Assembly: GCF_028641065.1 (NCBI RefSeq)
Contig: NC_073380.1
Span: forward strand, 88,908,001-88,972,000
Origin: Leucoraja erinacea
Taxonomy: Eukaryota
Reading direction: 5' to 3'
Length of the DNA: 64,000 bases
In this document: in pieces, positions 63,500-64,000 of the stretch
How positions within the stretch are numbered: position 1 is the stretch's first letter
How the letters are laid out: each line of letters opens with the position of its first letter
The notes under the pieces: model-generated
Told to the model about the DNA's origin: nothing
Database searches by the model: none
Seen by the model: the letters and a program-made list of their open reading frames with translations, nothing else
Position numbers and translations under genes: made by a program

Positions 63500-64000
63500 A
63501 TAGAATTATAGAAACATATAAAATTATTGAAGGACTGGACAAGCTGGATGTACGAAACACATTCCTAATGTTGGCGGAGTCCAGAACCAGGGGCCACAGT
63601 CTAAGACTAAAGGGGATGCCATTTAAAACTGTGATGAGAAAAAAACGTTTTCACCCAGAGAGTTGTGAATTTGTGGAATTTTCTTTCTTTTCTTTTCTTT
63701 TCTTTTTTTTATATAGAGCACTTTAAAAACAACCACTGTTGCAACAAAGTGCTGTACATGACTAATCATGGACAAAAAATTATTACACGACAATCAAAAC
63801 ATTAAAAGAGAGAGTAAAAACAATTTAAAAAAAAACATTAAAAACACTAAAACAGGAGCAAAGTCTCATGCAGGGTCAAAAGCCAAGGAATAGAAATGGG
63901 TTTTAAGATTGGCTTTGAAGATGTACAGTGAGGGGGCCTGTCTGATGTGCCACAGAAGGCAGTGGAGGCCATTTCACTGGATGAATTTAAAAGAGAGTTA
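63500..64000 (+). mobile_element. CR1 3' fragment interrupted by a minus-strand L2-like 3' end (about 63680-63946)
   Basis: gtgaatttgtggaatt resumes as gtgccacagaaggcagtggaggcc; insert resembles 1838-2105. Confidence 0.75.

Noticed and set aside
1-64000. CRISPR array, operon or other prokaryotic system
   Set aside because: Eukaryotic repeat landscape; no regularly spaced repeat-spacer array and no prokaryote-like genes

Overview
Repeat-dense, AT-rich, CpG-depleted vertebrate DNA. The repeat content (CR1/HER1-type LINEs, tRNA-headed V-SINEs of HE1 type, Rex1/Babar, L2, Penelope-like elements) points to an elasmobranch, probably a skate or ray (inference). I recognise no host protein-coding exon; every interpretable ORF is a retroelement RT/endonuclease or a Tc1 transposase, so the window looks intronic or intergenic. 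Best-supported structures: a full-length dead Tc1 (28552-30166, TA TSD, DD34E); two PIF/Harbinger-type MITEs; a 745-bp solo LTR with a 4-bp TSD (56557-57301); two Penelope GIY-YIG fragments plus many terminal-repeat fragments carrying a minimal hammerhead-ribozyme core; a young 2.2-kb CR1; and many nested insertions with readable TSDs. Worth a second look: a non-autonomous retroposon family that keeps the same hairpins but swaps its 3' tails, a ~495-bp SINE+flank duplication, and CpG-undepleted or mosaic segments, at least one of which (60462-60957) looks like an assembly consensus artefact. I found no convincing new multi-gene system. Family names come from recalled similarity, not database searches, and boundaries of old copies are approximate.
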